Below the pieces are notes generated by a model. It saw only the letters and a program-made list of their open reading frames with translations. It was not told the DNA's origin and did not search any database. From an uncultured Verrucomicrobiae bacterium (lineage in GTDB: Bacteria; Chlamydiota; Chlamydiia; Chlamydiales; Rhabdochlamydiaceae), in the NCBI GenBank assembly GCA_963718565.1, contig OY970364.1:1613802-1677801 (forward strand): a stretch of DNA of 64,000 nucleotides, in the 5' to 3' direction. Position 1 is the first letter of the stretch. Every line of letters begins with the position of its first letter. Shown piece by piece: positions 38,756 through 48,141 of the stretch. A program made the position numbers and the translations under genes.

Positions 38756-40504
38756 ATGAAATCGCTCTTTTCCAAAGCATGGATGGAATTCCTTGAGGCT
38801 CGCACTTCCACTTCGGGGAAAAGCTCTCCCGCCGTCTTAGAAGATATCTTCTGTCATGCACTTGATCCTACAGATCTTGAATCTCTCGGCTTGCCACAAT
38901 ATCTAGCCCCACCTTTAGGACGAGGCCTTCCCAAACGCTACTTGCAAACAGATCCATCGATCTGTGAGGTAAAAAACAGCTTTTCCGATGCTGCTTTACT
39001 GCGCAAATTGCGGATAGCAAAAGCGATTTTTTTTCTTTACCAGCAACACAAGTTCCCCAAGAGATCACAAGTTGCCATCTTCACTTGGATCATTGCCGAT
39101 GGAGCAGGGGATTACTATGCAGAGCAGGAAGCTGCCCATGTTTTATTAGGTCCATTTCCAGACCTTTATCTCATTTCGATGCTGCACAAAGATGCAAAAG
39201 TTCCCCCGCTTCATCGAAAATGTCCCCATCATCTTCTTCGCTACAATGGAAAGCTCAATCACCCCATCATCTACGAGGCATTTTCCTCTGAACTTCTCGC
39301 TAAACTCTCTCACACAGATCTCATCCTTGAATTTCCTACCGCCTTTCCATGGATGGCGCAATTGTTGGAAACATTGCGTAAAAATCATCCCACTTTAATT
39401 CACCAAAGAATCGGCGAGCACAGCTTGATCGACTCCCTTGACTTTGCTCCTTCCACAGGCGCTTATTGCATGGGACTCCATGCGCTTGAACTAGGAATTT
39501 TCAGTAAGAAAAATTCTTTTTGCAAAGATGCGATCCTTGGGCTGCAATATCAACCTCTTTTCCAACTTCTCTTCGCTGCGCGCACTCAAGAAGCGGTGGA
39601 AAACTATTTGCTTACGCATTCCTTTAACGTCAGCTATACAAAAACTTTTCGAGGAACCTATCTTTATCTCTACATGTTATGCAAAGGGTTGATCGACAAT
39701 CCCCAAGATATTGACATTTGCTTCTTTAATCTCGACCTTATGCTGAGAGTGCTCCGAGAACGCATCCAAAAAGAAGAACGTTATCCTTTATGGGAACAAT
39801 GCAAGATCGGAAAAGTGCTGATTTACACTCAAACTCATGTTGTACCTATCACCATTTCCAGCGCGCCAAAGACGCTTCGAATGATCCATTGTCCAGAACT
39901 TGCTCAAGAGGATGTGCACAGGCTCTTTTGCTTTACTGAGCATCTCATCGGATGCACCGGCGACCAAACCCTGTGCGAAGCGATTTGTTCGGGAGTTCCT
40001 TTTTTTTACGATCCTCCCCCTTTCAAAAGAGCCATTCTCAAAGACCTTTTGTTTATAGCACAATCGCGCATGCCCCAATACCCTTTCCTGGAGAAACTGT
40101 TCACACTTCTTCTGAAAAATCCCCATGTCATGCTTGAAGAATCTGACGGAGAATGGGTTTCTGAAGATTATATCCAGTCGGAAAACGACCGCCTCTCCCT
40201 AGATGAAGGCAGCGATGAAAACATTGGAGACGCCCTTTCCTCTTTACTTACGGATCCCCGTTTCAAAGAAGGGTTCTTACAATTGCGCGAAATCATCCAG
40301 CACGAGCATTCTTTTGACCCCATGCTCGAAGGAATCATCAACCGCCTGCTTTTCCACAAGCACTTCCCTGCCTTGATGCACTGGGAGCAAGCTGCTTTAT
40401 CCGAGTGCGCACAGGGGAATCTTTCACCCCTCAATTTCTTAGCTCTTCTCAAGGAAAAATTACTCTATACTGGGCGCAGTATATTTTATGGGAGATTGTC
40501 GTAG
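38756..40504 (+). CDS. Hypothetical protein with possible GT-B glycosyltransferase fold
   Basis: DGAGD near the N-terminus; GCTGDQTLCEAICSGVPFFY nucleotide-sugar-binding-like motif. Confidence 0.5.
   Translation: MKSLFSKAWMEFLEARTSTSGKSSPAVLEDIFCHALDPTDLESLGLPQYLAPPLGRGLPKRYLQTDPSICEVKNSFSDAALLRKLRIAKAIFFLYQQHKFPKRSQVAIFTWIIADGAGDYYAEQEAAHVLLGPFPDLYLISMLHKDAKVPPLHRKCPHHLLRYNGKLNHPIIYEAFSSELLAKLSHTDLILEFPTAFPWMAQLLETLRKNHPTLIHQRIGEHSLIDSLDFAPSTGAYCMGLHALELGIFSKKNSFCKDAILGLQYQPLFQLLFAARTQEAVENYLLTHSFNVSYTKTFRGTYLYLYMLCKGLIDNPQDIDICFFNLDLMLRVLRERIQKEERYPLWEQCKIGKVLIYTQTHVVPITISSAPKTLRMIHCPELAQEDVHRLFCFTEHLIGCTGDQTLCEAICSGVPFFYDPPPFKRAILKDLLFIAQSRMPQYPFLEKLFTLLLKNPHVMLEESDGEWVSEDYIQSENDRLSLDEGSDENIGDALSSLLTDPRFKEGFLQLREIIQHEHSFDPMLEGIINRLLFHKHFPALMHWEQAALSECAQGNLSPLNFLALLKEKLLYTGRSIFYGRLS
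40466..40483. repeat. 18-bp TA-flanked mini-palindrome (collapsed family M)
   Basis: TATACTGGGCGCAGTATA; similar at 6276-6292; matches the TIR of 48142-48385. Confidence 0.6.
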
Positions 40505-41623
40505 AGACGACACTTCAAATAGTTCCTAATTGCCTGAGCTTTTTCAGCAAACGTAGAACTTTGCCCATATTGGTCGTAAAAAGCATGTTCTCCGCATCCC
40601 CAATAATCATTGGCGAAAGTTTTGATCTTATATAGTTCTCCGTAGATTGCATTTCTTTTCGCTTCTGGCATCTTTGAAAATAGCTCAAGAGCTTCCCGAG
40701 TGGTATCCAAAATCCCTCTTTCAAACAAACTCGCTCTTTCTAACAACCCAGCAATCCTTTCAAACATCGTGCTGTAAGGTACTGCAAAGTTAAAGACCCT
40801 GATGATACTATCATTAGTAGTACCAAAAAAAACTTCTCCACCAGCAACAGCAACGTAGGGAGTCGAGTTTGCACGCCCATAAAAATCGGCGATGCATTCA
40901 TACTCATAAAGAGCGATGCAGTCATTTGTTTGTGTATCCCGGACATTGATGAAGGCGTAAGAAGCCACCAAATAGCTTGAAAAGAGCTTCTCGCGAAAAA
41001 GAGCAAAGGAATGAAAGCCGTCTCCTCCCTCACAAATAGTGATGAGGCATTGATGTGTTTGCGTATTCCAGACCTTGACTGTGTTATCAAAAGAGCTAGA
41101 AAAGAGTTTCTTCTCCTTGTCAATAACAGCAAGGCAGGAAACCGAGTTTTGATGCCCATTAAGAGTGGCGAGGCATTGATGTTTTCGTATATCCCAGGGC
41201 CTGATTGTGTTATCCTCAGAATTTGAAAATTGATGTTTTTGTGTATCCCAGACATTGATTGTGTGATCCTCAGAGCCTGAATAGAGTGTCCATCCATCAG
41301 CAGTAGTAGCGAGGCAGAGAACTGAGCGTTGATGTCCAACAAGAATGGCGAAGCATTGATGTGTTCGTGTATTCCAGACCCTGATTGTTTTATGCTCAGA
41401 ACCTGAATAGAGTGTCCCTCCATCAGCAGTAGTAGTGATGCAGCGAACTGCGAGTTGATGTCCATCGAGAGTGGTGATGTATTTATTTGTTCGCATATCC
41501 CAGACCTTGATTTCGCCATTCTGAGAACCTGAAAAGAGTTTCTTGCCCTTACCATCAGCAGCAAGGCAGCAAACTCCATGCGCATCAAGAGCGGCCATAC
41601 ATTGATTTGTTTGTATGTCACAG
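40486..41623 (-). pseudogene. 3' part (WD40 repeats + C-terminal domain) of the IS-disrupted F-box/WD40 gene
   Basis: Repeats such as LYSGSEDHTINVWD, LFSSSFDNTVKVWN; reads in frame with 43657-44123 once the IS and one TSD copy are removed. Confidence 0.9.
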
Positions 41624-41641
41624 TGGGGTGTAATCTTTCTT

Positions 41642-43060
41642 TCAGAAATTCACAACATTACCAGTAAAAAATCCAGTATGATCCAGTCCCCCATTATCTA
41701 GAGGCAGCTGCCCTCGTTTTTTCTTCCGTTTCCTAAAAGGATTAAAGAGCTGACGCCTTTGCGAATAAATTGTCTCGCCAATATTCATTGCGGCCCACGC
41801 TTTCACTTGTTTTTTGTTACAGGTTCCTAGTGCTGCTTGAACAGTTTCTAAGTCTAACTTTCCCAGACAGGCGGCCAATGACAGCACAAAAGGGGTAAAT
41901 CCGTCCTTTGAGTCTTCATCCATCAATTGCTTTAACTTACCAAAACTAGACTCAATAATTTCTGTGCTACCTAAAGCCACTTGATCGAGGTCTTTTGTCT
42001 GATCAATCACGAAATCAAGGATACTGCCTGCAAACTGATCAGCACGGACCCCTACTTGCAGGTTCTGTAGCTCTTTTTCCAACTCCTCTGCAGTTTTGTT
42101 GTGGAGGTGTTCTGTTCGAATTTTTTGTCTTACGATTCTCCCAATGAGCAACATCTCGGATATTTCCTTGATCATAGGCTCACTGGATCTGACCCATCCA
42201 AATTGCTCAAGCAATTCCCTCAAGTCCGCCTCGCTCTTTTCGACCTCACAATTCTTCTGTTCTATTTTTTTCTGATGTTCATTTTCCATTTTTTTGAGGT
42301 GATCTAGAATTTTATTTGCCCAGCCGGTTAGTTCGTCAAGATTCATATATCTAGCTTTACTCCTCTGACTCGGAGGGCATAGTGCTGCCCATTTCGTCCA
42401 TTGGAGTTTCTGCTTCATCTGAGAGGCTTTCGACGCAAATTCTGTCCATTCAAGTTCCGCAGCTTCCACCCCCAACAAGTTGGCTATTTTGTGAGCAATA
42501 TCATTCATTACGGGAATTTTTCTGCCTTCGGCTTCTTGGACGCTCTGCGTATACAATCTGGTTGCAGATACAATATCCGATCCTTGATCATGACAAAATT
42601 GTCTGTATTGACCTACTGTCTCTTCACTTTTCTTGAGAATCTCATAGATGATTGGGCCACTTGTTTTTTCCAAAACCTCCAGGTGCAGAACGTGTACGTC
42701 TTCAAATGTCAATGCCTTAGCTTTCAAAAAAGTCGTAGCCCGTACGCCCAGAATCAAAAGACATTTTTTTGAGCCAATCTGAATAGATAAATCGATCATC
42801 CCAATCCAATCATTTGATTTCTGAATTGAGGTCAGCTTGTAATAACCCACCTGCAAGATCCAATCGCGAATCGCAGTATGAGAGGGCATTTTGCATTGTA
42901 GCCAAAAATAACAGCGAATGAACGCCTCTCTGGCTCCGCGAAGGCTTAGTCCTCCTGAAAGAATCAATAGGAGCGATATCAGGATAACAGTTGCCGAATA
43001 GCGCCGACGAGGGATTTTTTTGTCTTGTTCCCCCGGGAGGCTTGTTGCTGCATCTGCCAT
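41642..43060 (-). CDS. DDE transposase catalytic ORF (orfB)
   Basis: IDLSIQIG (D1), HDQGSD (D2), DIAH ((C/D)xxH), IIESSFGKLK (E). Confidence 0.8.
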   Translation of the reverse strand: MADAATSLPGEQDKKIPRRRYSATVILISLLLILSGGLSLRGAREAFIRCYFWLQCKMPSHTAIRDWILQVGYYKLTSIQKSNDWIGMIDLSIQIGSKKCLLILGVRATTFLKAKALTFEDVHVLHLEVLEKTSGPIIYEILKKSEETVGQYRQFCHDQGSDIVSATRLYTQSVQEAEGRKIPVMNDIAHKIANLLGVEAAELEWTEFASKASQMKQKLQWTKWAALCPPSQRSKARYMNLDELTGWANKILDHLKKMENEHQKKIEQKNCEVEKSEADLRELLEQFGWVRSSEPMIKEISEMLLIGRIVRQKIRTEHLHNKTAEELEKELQNLQVGVRADQFAGSILDFVIDQTKDLDQVALGSTEIIESSFGKLKQLMDEDSKDGFTPFVLSLAACLGKLDLETVQAALGTCNKKQVKAWAAMNIGETIYSQRRQLFNPFRKRKKKRGQLPLDNGGLDHTGFFTGNVVNF

Positions 43061-43356
43061 TTTTTTTTAAGTTCTTCGAACTCTTTAGCATGGGTAACAG
43101 CCTCTTGTTCGCGTAATTTTCTTTCTGCCTCGATCAAAGCCTCTTTTTCTGCGATTTCATTTTTTAAGGCTTTATTTTCTTGAGTTTTTTCTTCACACTT
43201 CTTTTTCCACTGGGCTCTACTGTGCTCAAGATCTAATGCTTTACCCTCTAGTGCCTTAATTTTTTCTGCTTTCTCGCGATTTCTCGCTTTGAATTCATCG
43301 CGACTCTCGCAAAGACGATGGCTTCGCTTACGCCAATCTCGTGATGGAACATTCAT
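42979..43356 (-). CDS. IS orfA, coiled-coil; probably fused to orfB by a -1 frameshift
   Basis: Charged helical ORF; A9 run at 43060-43068 immediately before the orfB ATG, which is in the -1 frame. Confidence 0.7.
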   Translation of the reverse strand: MNVPSRDWRKRSHRLCESRDEFKARNREKAEKIKALEGKALDLEHSRAQWKKKCEEKTQENKALKNEIAEKEALIEAERKLREQEAVTHAKEFEELKKKWQMQQQASRGNKTKKSLVGAIRQLLS

Positions 43357-43656
43357 AGAGCTGCTCTCCTAAAATTAAGACGAGCCATTTTGCATGATTG
43401 TTTTAACAGAGTCAAAAAAATTTCCTTAGAAGAGAATTTTCAATATCCCCCTACAAAGTATTGCATCAATAAAGCCCGATACATCGAGAGCGGCTCTTCC
43501 TGAGCCGATCTCGATGTATCGGAACAGCGCCGTAGGACGCTGGGAATATAACTGGGATGAGTCAGAGGGTTTAATATCAGAGGGGGGATGTTACCGTTTC
43601 TTGCCGGAATTGTTGCTCAGAGAAAATTTCAAATATGGATCAAAGTTTACACCCCA

Positions 43657-44123
43657 ATGTCACAGACCTTGATTGTGTGATCTGAAAGGCCTAAAAAGAA
43701 TCTCTCGTCAGTAGCGGCAAAGCAGGTAATTGAGTTTTTATTAGTTGAGTTTTCACGCTCTTGAAGCATATAAAAATCATACACTCCATGTCTAAGATTT
43801 GAATCAAAACTTTGAAGGGCCTGATGAGCTTGGTAAGCCTCCTGAAAGTCTTTGTCTTTAATAGCATTTGGGTCCACATTTGAAAAATCCCTTTTAAACA
43901 GTACGCACCAAAGATACTTATCGTTTAGCATCAGGTTCCACTGCCTGCAGACCAATTTACACGTTCCAATTTTCAGTGCAGAAAAGTCTTTAAAAAATTG
44001 AAAGAATATCTCGAAGGGCACCCTTAAGGCTGGATCTGAGGATGCCACTAGAGCTGGAGCAGCCTGCGATATCGCAACGATAAAGTTTGAATCATTTTTT
44101 GAACAATTTATAGATGGGGTCAT
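43657..44123 (-). pseudogene. 5' part (F-box + first WD repeat) of the IS-disrupted gene
   Basis: VPFEIFFQFF..CKLVCRQWNLMLNDKYLW; ends LSDHTIKVCDI at the TSD. Confidence 0.88.
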
Positions 44124-44422
44124 AATTTAAATCTCTAATTAAAGTTTTTTATTTTAAATTTATAAATTACTGTTTTTTGAAAAAATCAAATTTTTCAAAC
44201 ATAATTGTATTGTAAATAAAAATTAGATTCAATATCTATTTTAATATGTTAGTAGGAAATAATCAGGCAAAGTCTGCATGTTAAATAAAATATTTACTTA
44301 ACAAAAAAAAGAGGAACCCCGCATTCTTCTTATTCATTCCTCTTTACACAACAAAATTAAACTGTTGTTGTCATTCGTTTTTATCTGTCAATACACTATA
44401 ATGGCTTGCTCAAACTACACGG

Positions 44423-45838
44423 ATGATTATGGATCTTAAAGTTCTCAATAACCCAACTCCAATCTCCTCTTCTCCGCAGAACAATCTCATTGAAGATCAT
44501 CCAAATGAGCCTCTCCACAAACAGCCTTTTGTATCAGCAATTCTTTATCTCAGAGAAATGCTTAAAGGATTATTCGTCACCCTTTATGAAACTCAAGAAA
44601 GTTCTGAGACAAGCAGTAATAGCAGTCTATTTAATTCGAGCGATCCCTCTTTGATTTCTACAAACACCTTTCGTTTCGGCGTTTTTTTAAAGGAGCTTGA
44701 GCGACTCAAAGAAGAAGGTCTCTTCTTGTCCACAATCAAAGAACGACGCGATGAAATTGAAAAGCAAAAAGAACATTGGCGCCCCTACATTGAAGAGCAA
44801 AAAAAAGGGGAAACCCAAGATTTTTATTCTGCAATCGACACCATGATCATCCAAGGGAAATTGATTCCTAATCCTTCCGGCTGCGGGAGCGCTTATTTCC
44901 TCGCCGATGGCGCTGGAATTCCTCGTTATGTGGTTAAACCTGTCGATGAAGATATTTTTTGTTTAAATAACCGCAAAGAGTTTGGTTCTATCTTTAATGA
45001 TTTCGAACATCGTGCGCGCGATGGGATTCCTTTATACCGATCGGCCCAGACGGATGCTTTCTGCTCAGAAATCGCCTCATTATCAGGCTTGGGGGGAACA
45101 ACCCCAAAAGCTGTGATGGGCATTGTCAAAGACGATGGGCTTTATGATTTCACCACTTGGATCGACGGGAAAAATAGAGAAAAATTTACCGAACAAACAG
45201 GCTTTCCCGATCGAGAAAAACTCGCATCGATCCAAGAATATATTCCTAATTCTCAAGATTTAATCGAACTGCTCCACGCGTTTTATAAAGAAGGTCTGTC
45301 CGACGAAGAAATCTCTTCGCGTTTTGATCAGAAAGACTTTGAAGAAGTCTGTATGTTCTTGTGGCTCTCTTACGATAACGATGGCCATGGAGGCAATTTC
45401 CTCACCTTTGTCAAAAGAACCGATGAGAATGGGAAAAAAATTTACGGGATCAAAAAAATCGATAATGGGCTTTCCTTTCCCGAAAAAAATACTCAATATA
45501 CCAATATTTTAGCATGGATTCCCAACGCAATTCAGCCAATTTCACCAAAGCTCAAACAAAAAATCGCTCAGCTCCCCATGGAACCGATTTTAAACCGCAT
45601 GGACGATTATGAACTTTTCAGCTGTAAGGATGCTTTCAAAGAACGCGTGGAAATTATCAAAGAACTCGCTCAAAGGGAGGGGATAACGATTGGTGAAATC
45701 GATCTTCGCTTGACTTTTCTATCCTACAATGGAGGAAAAACGCTCGCCTTAAGTCCCATGACGACCCAAGAAATCCTCGATTTGCTACTGACGAAAACTG
45801 CGACTGAATCGACGGCAGGACTAGATGAAGCAGTTTAA
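44423..45838 (+). CDS. Phosphatidylinositol 3/4-kinase-like (type II PI4K-like) candidate effector
   Basis: SGCGSAYF..VVKPVDED, LASIQEYI, DNDGHGGN, IDNGLSFP; Ser/Pro/Asn-rich N-terminus. Confidence 0.72.
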   Translation: MIMDLKVLNNPTPISSSPQNNLIEDHPNEPLHKQPFVSAILYLREMLKGLFVTLYETQESSETSSNSSLFNSSDPSLISTNTFRFGVFLKELERLKEEGLFLSTIKERRDEIEKQKEHWRPYIEEQKKGETQDFYSAIDTMIIQGKLIPNPSGCGSAYFLADGAGIPRYVVKPVDEDIFCLNNRKEFGSIFNDFEHRARDGIPLYRSAQTDAFCSEIASLSGLGGTTPKAVMGIVKDDGLYDFTTWIDGKNREKFTEQTGFPDREKLASIQEYIPNSQDLIELLHAFYKEGLSDEEISSRFDQKDFEEVCMFLWLSYDNDGHGGNFLTFVKRTDENGKKIYGIKKIDNGLSFPEKNTQYTNILAWIPNAIQPISPKLKQKIAQLPMEPILNRMDDYELFSCKDAFKERVEIIKELAQREGITIGEIDLRLTFLSYNGGKTLALSPMTTQEILDLLLTKTATESTAGLDEAV

Positions 45839-46160
45839 AACAATGTTTTCTTTTTTGATCATCCTGAGCATTCTTGGGATGGTTTTTATTAATCTACCTT
45901 CTCATGAGGAACAAGGAATGAAATTAATCAACATAAAATCCGGATTTGTCGTTGCTGAATATAAAGGGGAAAAAACAATTATCCATGATCGCTCCCTCGA
46001 AAAAGAAATGACGATCAGAGGAGTGATCATTCCCCCTGCATTGCGATCTGAGTACGGAGGGAAAGCCTCTGTGCGATTGAGCGATAAAGAATTCCAAAAA
46101 GCCTTTAAGGAGCTCTATTCAGAACAAGCTCTGAATCCCAAAAGTTATCATTGGGAATAG
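45825..46160 (+). CDS. Hypothetical protein with N-terminal TM/signal
   Basis: 111 aa ORF overlapping the kinase stop. Confidence 0.7.
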   Translation: MKQFKTMFSFLIILSILGMVFINLPSHEEQGMKLINIKSGFVVAEYKGEKTIIHDRSLEKEMTIRGVIIPPALRSEYGGKASVRLSDKEFQKAFKELYSEQALNPKSYHWE

Positions 46161-46802
46161 TTATATCCGCTTGCTACTGGCAAGAAGATGCATGACTTCT
46201 TCATCAGATGTTTGCTCGAATACTCTGTAAAATGCTCCAACAGCTTCAAAGAAGACAGGTGAGGAGAGGCAGACAACCTCATCAACCTCTTTTTGAATCT
46301 TGCGTAGAGAATCCGGTGCGGCTACGGGAACAGCTAAAACGATCTTTTTAGCCCCCGCATCGCGAACAGATTGAATAGCGACAAGCATACTCGCACCGGT
46401 AGCGATGCCATCATCGACCAAAATGATCGTTTTACCCTTTAAGCTAGGAGTTGGCGTATTTCCGCGATACCGATCCAGACGGATTTTAAGAATCTTCTTT
46501 TGGCGTTCGACTTCTTGTTTCAAATAGTCTGACGAGACATCGAAAATGCCGATGAGATGTTCGTTGAAAACTCCTTGGCCATGTTCAGCGATGGCTCCTA
46601 TGGCTAGCTCTTCATTGCCGGGCGCGCCAATCTTGCGAACAACAACGACGTTCAGTAGCACATTGAGGCCAGAGGCAACTTCATAAGCAGTGACTACCCC
46701 TCCTCTTGCAAGACCTAAAACAATGATATCTTTTTGATCTTTATATTTGTCCAAGTGCGGGACAAGTTGCTTTCCTGCATCACGTCGATCTTTAAAAAGC
46801 AT
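46161..46802 (-). CDS. Phosphoribosyltransferase-family protein
   Basis: LFKDRRDAG, GLARGG, RKIGAP, ILVDDGIATGAS. Confidence 0.9.
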   Translation of the reverse strand: MLFKDRRDAGKQLVPHLDKYKDQKDIIVLGLARGGVVTAYEVASGLNVLLNVVVVRKIGAPGNEELAIGAIAEHGQGVFNEHLIGIFDVSSDYLKQEVERQKKILKIRLDRYRGNTPTPSLKGKTIILVDDGIATGASMLVAIQSVRDAGAKKIVLAVPVAAPDSLRKIQKEVDEVVCLSSPVFFEAVGAFYRVFEQTSDEEVMHLLASSKRI

Positions 46803-46805
46803 GAA

Positions 46806-47258
46806 TCAGTTCCGCTCTTTATTTTGAATTCCTTCATTGCGAATTAAGGTGCGCTGATTGACGACTTTTGGTTTCAAGTAGGCACGCATCTCTGCGTCAA
46901 ATTTTTCTGCAGAACATTCTTCTCCGCAAGTGAATAAATCGACAAAACAGGCACCGTGTTCTGGATAAGTGTGTATGCTGGCATGGCTTTCAGCAAGCAA
47001 AAAAACCATTGTCAACCCACTAGGAGGAAACACCTTGCTAGAAATTTCTACAATTATCGCGCCGCTTTTCTCAACTGCCTGATGCATTGCAATGGCAAGG
47101 TTTTCTAAATCACTCAAAGCCTGAGTATCGCATTCGCAATAACTGGCAAGAAAATGCACTCCTCTAAATTGATGAAGGGATTCCTCATGGCTTTCTAACG
47201 CGAGTGTAAAAGAAAATAATAGACCAAAAAAAACAGATGTTTTATGAACCCAGCTCAT
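46806..47258 (-). CDS. speD: S-adenosylmethionine decarboxylase proenzyme with an N-terminal signal-like extension
   Basis: GVHFLAS, LAE-SHASIHTYPE, DLFTCG; hydrophobic FFGLLFSFTLA. Confidence 0.85.
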   Translation of the reverse strand: MSWVHKTSVFFGLLFSFTLALESHEESLHQFRGVHFLASYCECDTQALSDLENLAIAMHQAVEKSGAIIVEISSKVFPPSGLTMVFLLAESHASIHTYPEHGACFVDLFTCGEECSAEKFDAEMRAYLKPKVVNQRTLIRNEGIQNKERN

Positions 47259-48111
47259 GTGATTTCTTCCAATAAATAAAATAATCTCGATTGCTCAATG
47301 TCCCTTGCAGTTCCCATTCGCTCAAACTCTTAAGTTTCTCAAAACGCTCTCTAATCTCGTTCAGATTCATAGCAATCACACCAAAATGCTTGGGGAATTC
47401 ATGTCCTAAAATATAGCCAGAAAGAGATCGCGAAAGAATATTTTCAAAAAACAGATCCTGATAAGCACGATTAAATTCAGAAAAACTCATATCCGAAATC
47501 ACTAAATCATAAACGGCTTGCCTAGGAAGCTGTTCCGGTGTACAAAAGTTCACATTGTTTACACCCAATTTCTCTAAGCATTTTTTAGCTAAGGCGAGCT
47601 GCTCAGGAAGATCTACCAGCGTATAACTTTTGAAACCAAGTACATCATTCAGAATTTTACATAGATTTCCACATCCCGCTCCGATCTGAACAATGTGCGA
47701 TGGCTCAAAATTGCCAAGCTTAGAGCGCACTTCTCCTACCATAGCAATTAAACGCAATGTCGAAGGAGAAAAAAGACCGGCATCACCAAAATGATATGTT
47801 CTTGGAGAACCGATCTGATCAATGTTGCGGAATTGCTCAAATTGTGTTTTAAGAAAGACATATTCATGATCAATTTTTCTTAGGTAGAGTTCCCCTTCCT
47901 CAAAGGTAAGATTTTCCCAGATCAGATTGAAAAAAGGATTCTGTTTAAATTGGGAAAAATAGTGTTCATCAGTGGCCGCCTTTGCTGAAATTTCAGAGAA
48001 AACAGCATGGTCGTAGATACAGCGCTGAGAATGCTTGGCCTCATTTCTCTTGCAGCCAGACACTACAAAGCAACAAATAACCAAATAAATGATAAGCTGT
48101 AAGATTTTCAT
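47242..48111 (-). CDS. Putative sugar O-methyltransferase, lipoprotein
   Basis: IVQIGAGCG, YTLVDLPEQ, ISDMSFSE; lipobox VSG-C. Confidence 0.7.
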   Translation of the reverse strand: MKILQLIIYLVICCFVVSGCKRNEAKHSQRCIYDHAVFSEISAKAATDEHYFSQFKQNPFFNLIWENLTFEEGELYLRKIDHEYVFLKTQFEQFRNIDQIGSPRTYHFGDAGLFSPSTLRLIAMVGEVRSKLGNFEPSHIVQIGAGCGNLCKILNDVLGFKSYTLVDLPEQLALAKKCLEKLGVNNVNFCTPEQLPRQAVYDLVISDMSFSEFNRAYQDLFFENILSRSLSGYILGHEFPKHFGVIAMNLNEIRERFEKLKSLSEWELQGTLSNRDYFIYWKKSHELGS

Positions 48112-48141
48112 GGAAAAATGCAATCAAAACGACTTTCATGT

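Larger units (their letters stand above)
41624..43656 (-). mobile_element. 2033-bp insertion sequence, unclassified, probably Mutator-like (IS256/ISKra4/ISLre2 relatives)
   Basis: TIR TGGGGTGTAA; 9-bp TSD ATGTCACAG at 41615-41623 and 43657-43665; two overlapping ORFs. Confidence 0.92.

Noticed and set aside
40740-41621. 293-aa minus-strand ORF with internal repeats
   Set aside because: Alternate-frame shadow of the WD40 repeats; the WD40 frame is the one that rejoins the F-box half
43514-43672. 52-aa outward-facing ORF at the IS end
   Set aside because: Crosses the TIR/TSD, no RBS or recognisable motif
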